DNA of 60,029 bases from positions 1-60,029 of the forward strand of contig DAIDMW010000003.1 of assembly GCA_027448785.1 (NCBI GenBank). The letters are read 5' to 3'. How positions within the stretch are numbered: the stretch's first letter is position 1; each line of letters begins with the position of its first letter. Source of the stretch: Candidatus Colwellbacteria bacterium (GTDB taxonomy: Bacteria > Patescibacteriota > Minisyncoccia > UBA6257 > Colwellbacteraceae). Shown here piece after piece: positions 40,076-48,701 of the stretch. The notes under the pieces are model-generated. The model ran no database searches and was not told the DNA's origin. It worked only from the letters and a program-made list of their open reading frames with translations. A program made the translations under genes and the position numbers.

Positions 40076-40148
40076 GCGCCCATAGCTCAGTGGTTAGAGC
40101 ATGCGACTTATAATCGCAGGGTCCTTGGTTCAAATCCAAGTGGGCGCA
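40076..40148 (+). tRNA. tRNA-Ile(UAU)
   Basis: TGCGA-CTTATAA-TCGCA anticodon arm, intact cloverleaf, A73. Confidence 0.9.
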
Positions 40149-40150
40149 CT

Positions 40151-40473
40151 AAAGAAACGCAAATCTTAAAGCGCAAAGCACAAAAGAACTACGTTATTGT
40201 TTTTCGCTTTTAGTTTTTCGCTTTGCGCTTCCTGGTCCCGTCCGTGTTTGTAATTTAGGATTTATAGTTTGTGATTTGTTTAGGGTTTAGTATTTAAGAT
40301 TTCGGATTTCCAATATCGGCTAGTCCCTAACCTCTATTCCCTAGTAAGTGTTTTTCGCTTTTAGTTTTTCGCTTTGCGCTTTAATCTTTGCGCTTTCACA
40401 TTTGTTTCGGATTTCGATATTAGGATTTGGAATTTCAGTTATTTTAAATTTTGCGCTTTAAGTTTTGCGCTTC
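40151..40473. repeat. Long composite heptamer repeat between tRNA-Ile and tRNA-Val
   Basis: Contains a 29-nt exact match (40400-40428) to 24768-24796. Confidence 0.85.
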
Positions 40474-40538
40474 ATGTCTCTCGTATTAAATTACGAGACC
40501 TGCTAGAATGATTGAAAGATTTCTGTCTCGCCCGGAGT

Positions 40539-40612
<74 letters not shown>

Positions 40613-40662
40613 CCCCGTGCAAGACGCTTAAACTTTGATACTCAAATTTTACCGAAAGATAA

Positions 40663-41193
40663 ATGGCCAAACCGTATTCCGACAACATAATCTTCTTCGA
40701 TACCGAGTTTACCGACCTCGACCCGTATAAAGGCGAGTTGTTATCCGTCGGCATGATCAAGCCGTCGGGAGAGGAACTTTATCTAGAACTCGAACACCAG
40801 GGCGAGACGAGCGACTGGGTGAAGAAGATCGTCCTCCCTACTCTTACCGACAGGAAGGTTTCGCGAGAAGAGGCAAAAGAGAAAATCCGTGAGTTCATCG
40901 GCAATTCGATGCCCTACCTAGTTTCGTACGTTAATCAGTTCGATGCAATTTATTTTTATAAACTATTCGGAACCGAAAACCAGCCGGCCTATTACATCCC
41001 CATCGACTTTGCCTCTATCCTTTTCGGGCTCGGAATCGACCCCAAGGATTACGGAAATAGGTATTCGCGTCTCGTAAATATTCTCGATATCGACCTAACC
41101 AAGTTCCAAAAACATCACGCGCTAAATGACGCGCGTCTGTTGCGCGAGATGTACTTAAAGTTCTACGAGCGCATTAGCCAATTGGAGAGCTAG
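40663..41193 (+). CDS. DEDDh 3'-5' exonuclease/exoribonuclease
   Basis: FFDTEFT, SYVNQFD, HHALNDA. Confidence 0.88.
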   Translation: MAKPYSDNIIFFDTEFTDLDPYKGELLSVGMIKPSGEELYLELEHQGETSDWVKKIVLPTLTDRKVSREEAKEKIREFIGNSMPYLVSYVNQFDAIYFYKLFGTENQPAYYIPIDFASILFGLGIDPKDYGNRYSRLVNILDIDLTKFQKHHALNDARLLREMYLKFYERISQLES

Positions 41194-41218
41194 AAATAAG
41201 CAAAACTGGTTTAATGAA

Positions 41219-41440
41219 CCGGCTTTTAGATTAATCCGGCAATCGGCATTGCCGGAACCTTCCGGAAACGAATCCGGAAACGATAATCCGGCAAGCAAAA
41301 CTTAATGCCGGAATCCGGCAATAATCCGGAAACGGTAATCCGGAAATCTAATCCGGAAATGCGATTGCCGGATTGCCGCGGAAAACCGCATAAATACTAC
41401 TTCTGAAAATAATCCGGCAAAGGATTGTCGGATTACCGGA
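41219..41440. repeat. Irregular cluster of AATCCGG(A/C)A / ATTGCCGGA motifs
   Basis: 14 CCGG tetramers counted in about 220 bp. Confidence 0.85.
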
Positions 41441-41544
41441 TTTCCAAGCGTAAAACATTTTGATTAAAGTGTAAAACATTTATTTTACGGTGTTTTTGGA
41501 AAATATAGTGTTTTACTGACTTTTTCGTAATTTTGCTATTTTAT

Positions 41545-41752
41545 TGTTTCACGTGAAACATTTTTGTTAAAAAGGCCGGTTTTGGGGTAATTTGTTTCAC
41601 GTGAAACATTTTCACCTAAAACCAGGGTTTTTGTCGATTTTGTTTCACGTGAAACATTTTTTCTTAAAAGGCATATTTTAGAATAATTTGTTTCACGTGA
41701 AACATTTTTGTTAAAAAGGCCGGTTTTGGGGTAATTTGTTTCACGTGAAACA
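41545..41752. promoter_or_regulatory. parS array: 5 x TGTTTCACGTGAAACA at a 48-bp period
   Basis: Copies start at 41545, 41593, 41641, 41689 and 41737; exact match to the canonical bacterial parS consensus; about 15 kb from dnaA. Confidence 0.92.
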
Positions 41753-41824
41753 TTTTTTTAATAAACCGCCGCGCCGCAAGCGGTAAGGTGTTGTAGAATG
41801 AAATAAAAATATAAAATATAAGCG

Positions 41825-42247
41825 ATGACCGATCGTAAAATTTTAGGGATAGCTGGGGAAAAATTAGCTGCAGCTTATTTGAGGTTAAAAGGGTACAAAA
41901 TAATAACTAGGAATTTCCGCAAGCCCTGGGGAGAGATTGATCTTATCTCAACCTCACCAGATGGGATTTTGGTTTTTACCGAAATTAAGTCCGCACTTAT
42001 CGAGGAGTTGGACAAGGCTCCATCTCCAGCTGACCATATGAATTTTAAAAAGATCGGAAACTTGCGCCGATCAGCGGAGTTTTTTTCCAATAAGTTTCCC
42101 GAGTTAAGCGAGCGCGGCTGGAGAATTGATTTCATCTCTATCCGTATTCCGGAAAAATCGGTTCGGAGGGTGAGAATTTACCCATCTCTGCTATTGACAG
42201 AATTATTAAAATGTTGCGAAGTGGATCTTTGTGAGAATGCCGTTTAA
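41825..42247 (+). CDS. YraN/UPF0102 family endonuclease-like protein
   Basis: GIAGEKLAAAYL, NFRKPWGEIDLI, FTEIK. Confidence 0.88.
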   Translation: MTDRKILGIAGEKLAAAYLRLKGYKIITRNFRKPWGEIDLISTSPDGILVFTEIKSALIEELDKAPSPADHMNFKKIGNLRRSAEFFSNKFPELSERGWRIDFISIRIPEKSVRRVRIYPSLLLTELLKCCEVDLCENAV

Positions 42248-42381
42248 TTTTCCCTTTTGCCCCGACGAACAGTTTTTGTTTTTATAGCAATACTTCGCCG
42301 CTTGTGGAGAGACGGTTTATTTTTATTTAACCTAGCCGGCCTCTTGCCGAAGAGTTTTGTCTATGCTTAAATACTTGCGAT

Positions 42382-42639
42382 ATGCCTAAGATTAAATCTG
42401 CGAAAAAGGCTTTACGGCAGAACGTACGCCGGAAGAAGCTTAATTTGGAAACGAAGAAAAAAATACGCCGCTCGGTTAAGGCCTACCAAGGATCCCTGAA
42501 AGCGGGAAGCAAAGAGGAGGCGAAAAAATCTCTCGCCTCGGTTTATCAGTCGCTGGACAAAGCCGCTAAGCGCGGAACTATTAAAAAGAATACCGCCAGC
42601 CGCTTAAAATCGCGATTGGCCAGGAAAATTAATAAGTAG
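42382..42639 (+). CDS. rpsT: 30S ribosomal protein S20
   Basis: MPKIKSAKKALRQ, KKNTASRLKSRL. Confidence 0.97.
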   Translation: MPKIKSAKKALRQNVRRKKLNLETKKKIRRSVKAYQGSLKAGSKEEAKKSLASVYQSLDKAAKRGTIKKNTASRLKSRLARKINK

Positions 42640-43411
42640 AGGAAAGAACGTAACTAAGCAGCGCTTCCTCGTACTCCAAGCCACCGCGCTTGACCGAAAG
42701 GTCATAACCAGCCAGCTTTTTTAGTTGGCTGGTTTCTTTAACGCCGAAGCTAAGCATATTGAAAACGTACGCCGAGTCGTCTCCTCTTTCGTCCAGGAGC
42801 CGCTCCAAAGCGATTATTTTTTTCTTCAAATCTCCTCCGTATTTTATGGCACTGACTAAGCTGTAAAAATCTCCGCCCACCGCTTCTTTCCGAACTGATC
42901 CCCCGAGCGCGATTCTTTCTATTTCAGTCGATAACCCCCAGAGATCCTCGCCCCAATTTTCTTTTAAATCGACGATCGCCTCGCGCGTTAAATTAACGTT
43001 CTGCCTGGCCGCCTCACTTTTTATGAATTCGTCCAACTGCTTATCCGTAAGCTCCTCGAAGGATTGGCTGAGCTTGGAATTTTTTAAAAGGAAGGCAAAT
43101 GGCGCTGGAGGCTTCGTCGCTTCGTTTAGAACCACCACCGCCTCCTCGTCGGCAACGATCTCGCCTTTTAAAAAATTTTTTACCAGTTTGTCGTCGGGAG
43201 AGGCGTAGGTGCCGCTCGCCACCGCCAGCTTTTTCGCCGCAAAGAGTGACTGGCTCCGGCAAAAATCCGAGAGCGCCGCCACAGCTCCGGGCGCAGTTAA
43301 ATCGAAAGATTCGCGGCCAAGTCCGCCGTTCTTCCTTTCGAACTCAGTTATTATCTCGCGCATCTTCTTTTGACGAAGGTAGGAGTTCGGGCCGTAAAGA
43401 AGAATAATCAT
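42629..43411 (-). CDS. holA: DNA polymerase III delta subunit (short)
   Basis: MIILLYGPNSY, EIERIAL; typical position next to rpsT. Confidence 0.75.
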   Translation of the reverse strand: MIILLYGPNSYLRQKKMREIITEFERKNGGLGRESFDLTAPGAVAALSDFCRSQSLFAAKKLAVASGTYASPDDKLVKNFLKGEIVADEEAVVVLNEATKPPAPFAFLLKNSKLSQSFEELTDKQLDEFIKSEAARQNVNLTREAIVDLKENWGEDLWGLSTEIERIALGGSVRKEAVGGDFYSLVSAIKYGGDLKKKIIALERLLDERGDDSAYVFNMLSFGVKETSQLKKLAGYDLSVKRGGLEYEEALLSYVLSSTY

Positions 43412-45018
43412 TATCTTCTTTTGCTAAGTGAAGCTTTAATAAACTCCAAAAAGAGCGGGTGCGGACGCATCGGATTAGAGGTAAATTCCGGGTGAAACTG
43501 CGTCCCCAGGAAGAAAGGATGAACCTTCTTCGAAAGCTCCATGATTTCCATCAGCCTACCGTCGGGCGAGGTTCCGGAAAAGACGACTCCGGCCTTCTGC
43601 AAATCCGCAATATATTCGGGATTAACTTCGTAGCGATGGCGGTGTCGTTCGCTAATCTCCTTTTTTCCGTAAGCCTTATAAGCGATCGTCCCCGGCTGCA
43701 GTTTGGCGGGATAGGCGCCGAGCCGCATGCTTCCGCCCATTTCTTTCGCGGCGATTTTTTGCTTCTGCTCCGGCATGACGTCAATGACGGGATACTTGGT
43801 TTTGGAATCCACCTCGACGGTATTAGCCGCCTTCCAGCCGAGCCGCGAACGGCTCAGCTCCACGACCGCCAACTGCATTCCGTAACACAAGCCGAAGAAA
43901 GGAATCTTCCTCTCGCGGCAGTACTTGATCGTCTTTATCTTACCCTCTACACCCCGGGCTCCGAAGCCGCCGGGGACGATTATTCCGTCAAAGCGATCAA
44001 GGTTTCCGGGGTTTTCTGCGTCCACCCACTCGATGAGCGGCTTAGCTTTCAAAGCGTAAGCTGCGTGTTTAACCGCCTCGATGACTGAGATGTAAGAGTC
44101 GGCCAGCACATAATCTCCGCTGCCGAAATATTTGCCGACGACGCCAATATGCACCGTCTTGGCGGCGGAATGGATTTCGCGGCTAAGCCTGCGGAACTCC
44201 TTTAAATCCTTTCGCCGCGGGCGAAGGTTTAGCTTCTTTAGAAGGCGACCGCTGATGTTATCGTTCTCGAAATTAATCGGGATGTCATAAATGCTCTCGG
44301 CGTCGGGAGCGGAGATGACGTCTTCCGTCTGGATGTTGCAGTTAAAAGAGATCTTCTCGCGGCGCTTCTGGTCGATCGGCACGCTCGCGCGGGCAATAAT
44401 AATGTCCGGCTGTAATCCTGCCGAATTTAGGGTGCGGACCGCATACTGCGTCGGCTTGGTTTTTAACTCACTGTCCTTGTTTAAGAATGGAAGGTAACTA
44501 ATTAAGGCCAGCACGACGCTCTTAGGATCCTTCAGTTTCAACATGCGGATTGCCTCCAAAAACAATATATTCTGGTACTCGCCAACCGTGCCTCCGATTT
44601 CCACGATGGCAATCTCGGCGTCGGCCAGTTTAGCGGCGCGATTAATGCGGTCGATGACCTCGAGGGGTATATGCGGCACCACTTCAACACACTTTCCGCC
44701 GTAATACAACTGCCTCTCTTTGTTAATAACCGACAGATAAACGCTGCCGGTGGTCATATAATTGGCGCTTGTTAGGTCGCGGCCCAGGAAACGCTCATAG
44801 TTTCCTAAGTCTTGGTCGCACTCCGTTCCATCGTTTAAAACAAAGACTTCGCCGTGCTCCACGGGATTCATCGTGCCCGCATCGACGTTGACATAAGGGT
44901 CGATCTTAATAGCCGTCACCTTGAATCCTCGTGACTGCAAAATGGCCCCAATCGAGGCTGAGGCCACTCCTTTTCCGACTCCGGACATCACTCCGCCAAC
45001 CACAAAAATATACTTCAT
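43411..45018 (-). CDS. pyrG: CTP synthase
   Basis: GGVMSGVGKG, KTKPTQ, GLCYGMQ, ERHRHRYE, QFHPEF. Confidence 0.98.
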   Translation of the reverse strand: MKYIFVVGGVMSGVGKGVASASIGAILQSRGFKVTAIKIDPYVNVDAGTMNPVEHGEVFVLNDGTECDQDLGNYERFLGRDLTSANYMTTGSVYLSVINKERQLYYGGKCVEVVPHIPLEVIDRINRAAKLADAEIAIVEIGGTVGEYQNILFLEAIRMLKLKDPKSVVLALISYLPFLNKDSELKTKPTQYAVRTLNSAGLQPDIIIARASVPIDQKRREKISFNCNIQTEDVISAPDAESIYDIPINFENDNISGRLLKKLNLRPRRKDLKEFRRLSREIHSAAKTVHIGVVGKYFGSGDYVLADSYISVIEAVKHAAYALKAKPLIEWVDAENPGNLDRFDGIIVPGGFGARGVEGKIKTIKYCRERKIPFFGLCYGMQLAVVELSRSRLGWKAANTVEVDSKTKYPVIDVMPEQKQKIAAKEMGGSMRLGAYPAKLQPGTIAYKAYGKKEISERHRHRYEVNPEYIADLQKAGVVFSGTSPDGRLMEIMELSKKVHPFFLGTQFHPEFTSNPMRPHPLFLEFIKASLSKRR

Positions 45019-45119
45019 ATCTCCAGTTTATACGGAAGCGAATAAAAACAAAAATGAACCAAAAACGCTTTCATACAGAGGCTTTATCGACCTTCTCCCC
45101 AAAAGTATTTTGAATAGAT

Positions 45120-45986
45120 CTACTTCTGGCAAACCGGGCAGAAAGAAGAGGTTCGTCCTCCGATTTTTATGGAAACGATTGGCGTGCGGCAGCGACGGCA
45201 GGGCGTGTTGGATAGGCCGTATACCAACCTCCGCTCCCCGTATCCGCCCCTCCTGCCTCGAAGATCCCTGAAGTCGGAGAAGGACGTTCCGCGTACCTTG
45301 ACAGCCTCGCGTAATATCAAGCGCATCGCTTTGTAGATCCGCCCCGCCTCCTCCTCGGTCAGCTCCGCGGCTCGGCGGCGCGGGTCGATCCCGGCCGCAT
45401 AAAGTATCTCGTCGGAGTAGATGTTTCCAATACCTGAGACGATTGCCTGATCCAGCAAAACCGCCTTGATCGGCTTATTTTTGGGGATTCGCCGTCGAAA
45501 CTCGGGGAGCGTCAGCGAGGGCGAGAGGGCGTCGGGACCGAGCCCGCCAAAGTACTCCAACGCGCTAACTTCTTTCTCCGGGCCAAAAAGCAGTTTTGAA
45601 AATTTCCTGGCGTCGGACAAGCCAAGCATCCCGCCGTCGGCGAAAGCCAGGATGAGATGGAGGTAGGAGTTAACTTTTTCAGCCAGCGGCCCGGAAGGAG
45701 CGAGCGGGCGCGGGCGTGAGTTTTTCGAGAGTGCCCAACGGCCCAGAAGGAAGTGTCCGGTCATTCGCGGATGGACGACAAACAAAAATTTTTTTCCTGA
45801 GCGCGAAAGTAAAAATAAAATGTTCTTTCCGCGGCGCGAAACCGCCTCGATTCTGGCGCCGGCCAGTCCATCTAGCTCTGGCAATTTTCTCTTGGGAAGG
45901 TCGGACCAGACGAAGGAGATTCTCCGGCCGACAACGGCCCGGCGGAGGTCGTTGACCATCGTTTGCACCTCTGGCAACTCCGGCAT
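45120..45986 (-). CDS. mutM: Formamidopyrimidine-DNA glycosylase
   Basis: MPELPEV start, GIGNIYSDE, C4 zinc finger. Confidence 0.96.
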   Translation of the reverse strand: MPELPEVQTMVNDLRRAVVGRRISFVWSDLPKRKLPELDGLAGARIEAVSRRGKNILFLLSRSGKKFLFVVHPRMTGHFLLGRWALSKNSRPRPLAPSGPLAEKVNSYLHLILAFADGGMLGLSDARKFSKLLFGPEKEVSALEYFGGLGPDALSPSLTLPEFRRRIPKNKPIKAVLLDQAIVSGIGNIYSDEILYAAGIDPRRRAAELTEEEAGRIYKAMRLILREAVKVRGTSFSDFRDLRGRRGGYGERRLVYGLSNTPCRRCRTPIVSIKIGGRTSSFCPVCQK

Positions 45987-45994
45987 GAAAAAAT

Positions 45995-47311
45995 CTACAC
46001 CAAGTTAATCGTTTCTTTCGGCGGAATAAGGTTTGGGTCGGTCGGCAACGTGAAGGAGAAAGTGGTTCCGCGGCCTAAAGTCGACTCGGCCCAGATCTTT
46101 CCGCCGTGCCTCTCGATTATGCCTTTAGTCATATACAAACCCAGTCCCGTTCCTTCGGTGTGTTGGCTTATGGCGTTCGGTGCCCGGAAGAATTTGGTGA
46201 ACAGTTTGTTTAAAGCGTCGGCCGGAACGCCGATTCCCGTGTCGCTGACGCTCACCAAAAGATATGGCTTGTCTTTTTGCCGCTCGATTTTAACCGTCAC
46301 GCTGCCGTTCGGCGTATTGTACTTGATGGCGTTATCCACTAGGTTGGTCAGCGCCAAGCCGAGGCGGTTCGGATCGATGCGCGCCGGGACAGACTGCTCC
46401 GCCCCGTGGTCAAAATAAAGGCTGACGCCATAAGTCTTCGCAACCGGCAGCATTGCATTAAGCTGCGTGTTGATAAAAGCCACCATATTAACGTCCTCGA
46501 AAGAGTAGCCCAACGCCCCGCTCTCCATCTTAGAGACGTTCAGGAGATCGTCGACGGTCTTTAACAGCTTCCCCGAGACCTGCATCGCGGTAGAGGCCAA
46601 AGCCTTGGCGTTTTCGCCGGCCTCCGGGTCGGAAGCGATGCTCTGTAGGGACCAATTAATGCCAGTGAGGGGCGTACGCAGCTGGTGGGCGGTAACGGTC
46701 GCGAATTCCGATTCGGTTTTAGCTAAAGAGATCTCTGCGGTGCGATTATGCACGATTTTTATGAAGCCAATTATCTGCCCGGATACGTCAAATAGCCGGT
46801 CGGTAGTGACCCGCAAGTCCAAGTTGGGATCGGTAAAGGAAACATCGACCACCTGGGGATAGGTGCCGACCTCCGATCGCCAAACGACCAGCGGCGCCAG
46901 CGAAGGGAAGATGGTTTGCGCCAACACGCGCCACTGTGGCTCGCCGGCCAATTCAGGTCCAAAAATTTTGTTCAAAACATCCTCTTTCTTAACATTGAAT
47001 ATTGCCTCGGCCGAGCGGTTGAATATTCTTATACGGAACTGCTCGTCGTAAAAAATAACGCCGTCGCGCAAATTGGAAATAATGTTTTCCATTCTCCGCG
47101 AAGAGGCGGAAATCTCCAGGTTCAGCTTCGTCGATTGGTAGCTGCTCAGAAAAACCACCAGCCAAATAACGAAGGTTACGAAAAAAACCGCCCAGTCCGA
47201 GGAGTTAGATAAAGCAAGGGCCGCGGAAACGACCAGTAAAATCAGCGCTAGCCAAGTGATGCGCATTCCGGGCAAGCGCAAATATTTCTTTAACTCGTTC
47301 AGTTTATCCAT
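45995..47311 (-). CDS. PAS-domain sensor histidine kinase
   Basis: Two TMs, PAS, AHQLRTPL, NAIKY, DTGIG, GTGLGL; no response regulator adjacent. Confidence 0.92.
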   Translation of the reverse strand: MDKLNELKKYLRLPGMRITWLALILLVVSAALALSNSSDWAVFFVTFVIWLVVFLSSYQSTKLNLEISASSRRMENIISNLRDGVIFYDEQFRIRIFNRSAEAIFNVKKEDVLNKIFGPELAGEPQWRVLAQTIFPSLAPLVVWRSEVGTYPQVVDVSFTDPNLDLRVTTDRLFDVSGQIIGFIKIVHNRTAEISLAKTESEFATVTAHQLRTPLTGINWSLQSIASDPEAGENAKALASTAMQVSGKLLKTVDDLLNVSKMESGALGYSFEDVNMVAFINTQLNAMLPVAKTYGVSLYFDHGAEQSVPARIDPNRLGLALTNLVDNAIKYNTPNGSVTVKIERQKDKPYLLVSVSDTGIGVPADALNKLFTKFFRAPNAISQHTEGTGLGLYMTKGIIERHGGKIWAESTLGRGTTFSFTLPTDPNLIPPKETINLV

Positions 47312-47368
47312 CGACTAAAAATCCTTAAATCAGTTTAAGGCTTATTTAAAAATACATAAAGGCTCGCG

Positions 47369-48247
47369 CTACTCGCTGCCAAGGCGCGAAACGAGGCTGG
47401 CAAATCCGAGACGATTTAAATATTCGGTGATATTTTTTCTGTCTAATTTAAAAAAGAGATCGTTGAGGCTGGCATCGAGTTCGATCTCTTCCAGTTTGGC
47501 CAGTTTTTTGGAAAGCAGCGCTTGCTCCTCGTTCCCTTTTAGCTTTTCCGCAATCTTACTTTCGCTAATTCCCATCTCGCGGAACTGCTGAATTAGATTT
47601 TCGACCGAACCGTACTTCGCGATAAGCTGAGCCGCGGTTTTTGGGCCGATCCCCGGAACCCCGGGAATATTGTCCGACTGGTCGCCGACCAACCCTTTAT
47701 AATCGGGAATCTTCTGCGGCGGAACGCCGAACTTCTCCTCCACTTTAGCCGCGTCATAAACGACGGTGTTGCTGATCCCTTTAATCGGCGCCTCTACCCG
47801 GATTTTATCTCCCTCCACTAGCTGAAAAAGGTCTTGATCGCTCGAGAGCACTAGGATTTTGAGGTCGACGCCGCTACGAAACTTCCCGACCAGGGAGGCG
47901 ATGAGATCATCGGCCTCGTATCCGGGTTTCTCGAAATAAGCGATTCCGAAGCTTTGGAAAAGTCCGCGCGCCGCGATAAGCTGGTCGACCAACTCTTCCT
48001 CGACTTTGGGACGAGTCGCTTTGTAAGCGGCGTATTCACGGCTGCGGCGCGTCGGTTCTGGGCGGTCGAAAGCCGCGGCTAGGTACTCGGGATGGCGCTC
48101 TTTGATGATCTTCAGCAGGGCTCCGGACAATCCGTAGAGCGCGCCGGCCGGACTGCCGTCTTTGGCGGTAAGGGGCGGTAAAGCGTGGTAGGCGCGATGC
48201 AGAAGCGAGTTGGCGTCAATCAGGAGAAGAAGTTTTTCGTTTTCCAT
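47369..48247 (-). CDS. Stand-alone 5'-3' exonuclease (PolA N-terminal / flap endonuclease)
   Basis: LIDANSLLHRAYHA, YEADD, GDQSDNIPGVPGIGPKTA. Confidence 0.92.
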   Translation of the reverse strand: MENEKLLLLIDANSLLHRAYHALPPLTAKDGSPAGALYGLSGALLKIIKERHPEYLAAAFDRPEPTRRSREYAAYKATRPKVEEELVDQLIAARGLFQSFGIAYFEKPGYEADDLIASLVGKFRSGVDLKILVLSSDQDLFQLVEGDKIRVEAPIKGISNTVVYDAAKVEEKFGVPPQKIPDYKGLVGDQSDNIPGVPGIGPKTAAQLIAKYGSVENLIQQFREMGISESKIAEKLKGNEEQALLSKKLAKLEEIELDASLNDLFFKLDRKNITEYLNRLGFASLVSRLGSE

Positions 48248-48701
48248 TTTTAATATTGATTTTTATTATTCTCTCATTTTCCCTTTTCCCGTGGTAAAAA
48301 TCCAGGCGAATCCCGTTTTTAGGGAGTGCACCTTTCACTCGATCAGCCCATTCGATGAGCACTAGATTGCCGGGATCGGAAAATATCTCTGAAAAACCCA
48401 AAGCGGCCAACTCCTCCTTATTCTTCAGTCGGTAAGCGTCCAGGTGGTAGAGTTTCTTAAAAGGAAAATTTGGGTCGCGTAGTTTGAACGAGCGCAGTAG
48501 AAGAAAGGTCGGGCTGGAAACGCGGGCGCGCACCCCGAGCGCCGCGGCCAGCTGCTTGACGAAAGTCGTTTTGCCGGAACCGAGGTCGCCGATCAAAGAG
48601 ATGACGGCAGCCCGCCTGCCTCGCGGGCGCTTCCGCAAAGCCTCGGCCAAGAATCGCGCCGCCGCCCCGGTGTCGCTAAGGCTGTTCGAATGGAAAATCA
48701 T
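48216..48701 (-). CDS. tsaE: tRNA threonylcarbamoyladenosine biosynthesis ATPase
   Basis: GDLGSGKTT, SSPTF, HLDAYRL, IEWAD. Confidence 0.95.
   Translation of the reverse strand: MIFHSNSLSDTGAAARFLAEALRKRPRGRRAAVISLIGDLGSGKTTFVKQLAAALGVRARVSSPTFLLLRSFKLRDPNFPFKKLYHLDAYRLKNKEELAALGFSEIFSDPGNLVLIEWADRVKGALPKNGIRLDFYHGKRENERIIKINIKNGKRKTSSPD

Noticed and set aside
41545-41752. CRISPR array (palindromic repeat with 32-bp spacers)
   Set aside because: The repeat is only 16 bp and equals the parS consensus; the spacers resemble each other and two are identical; no cas genes are present.
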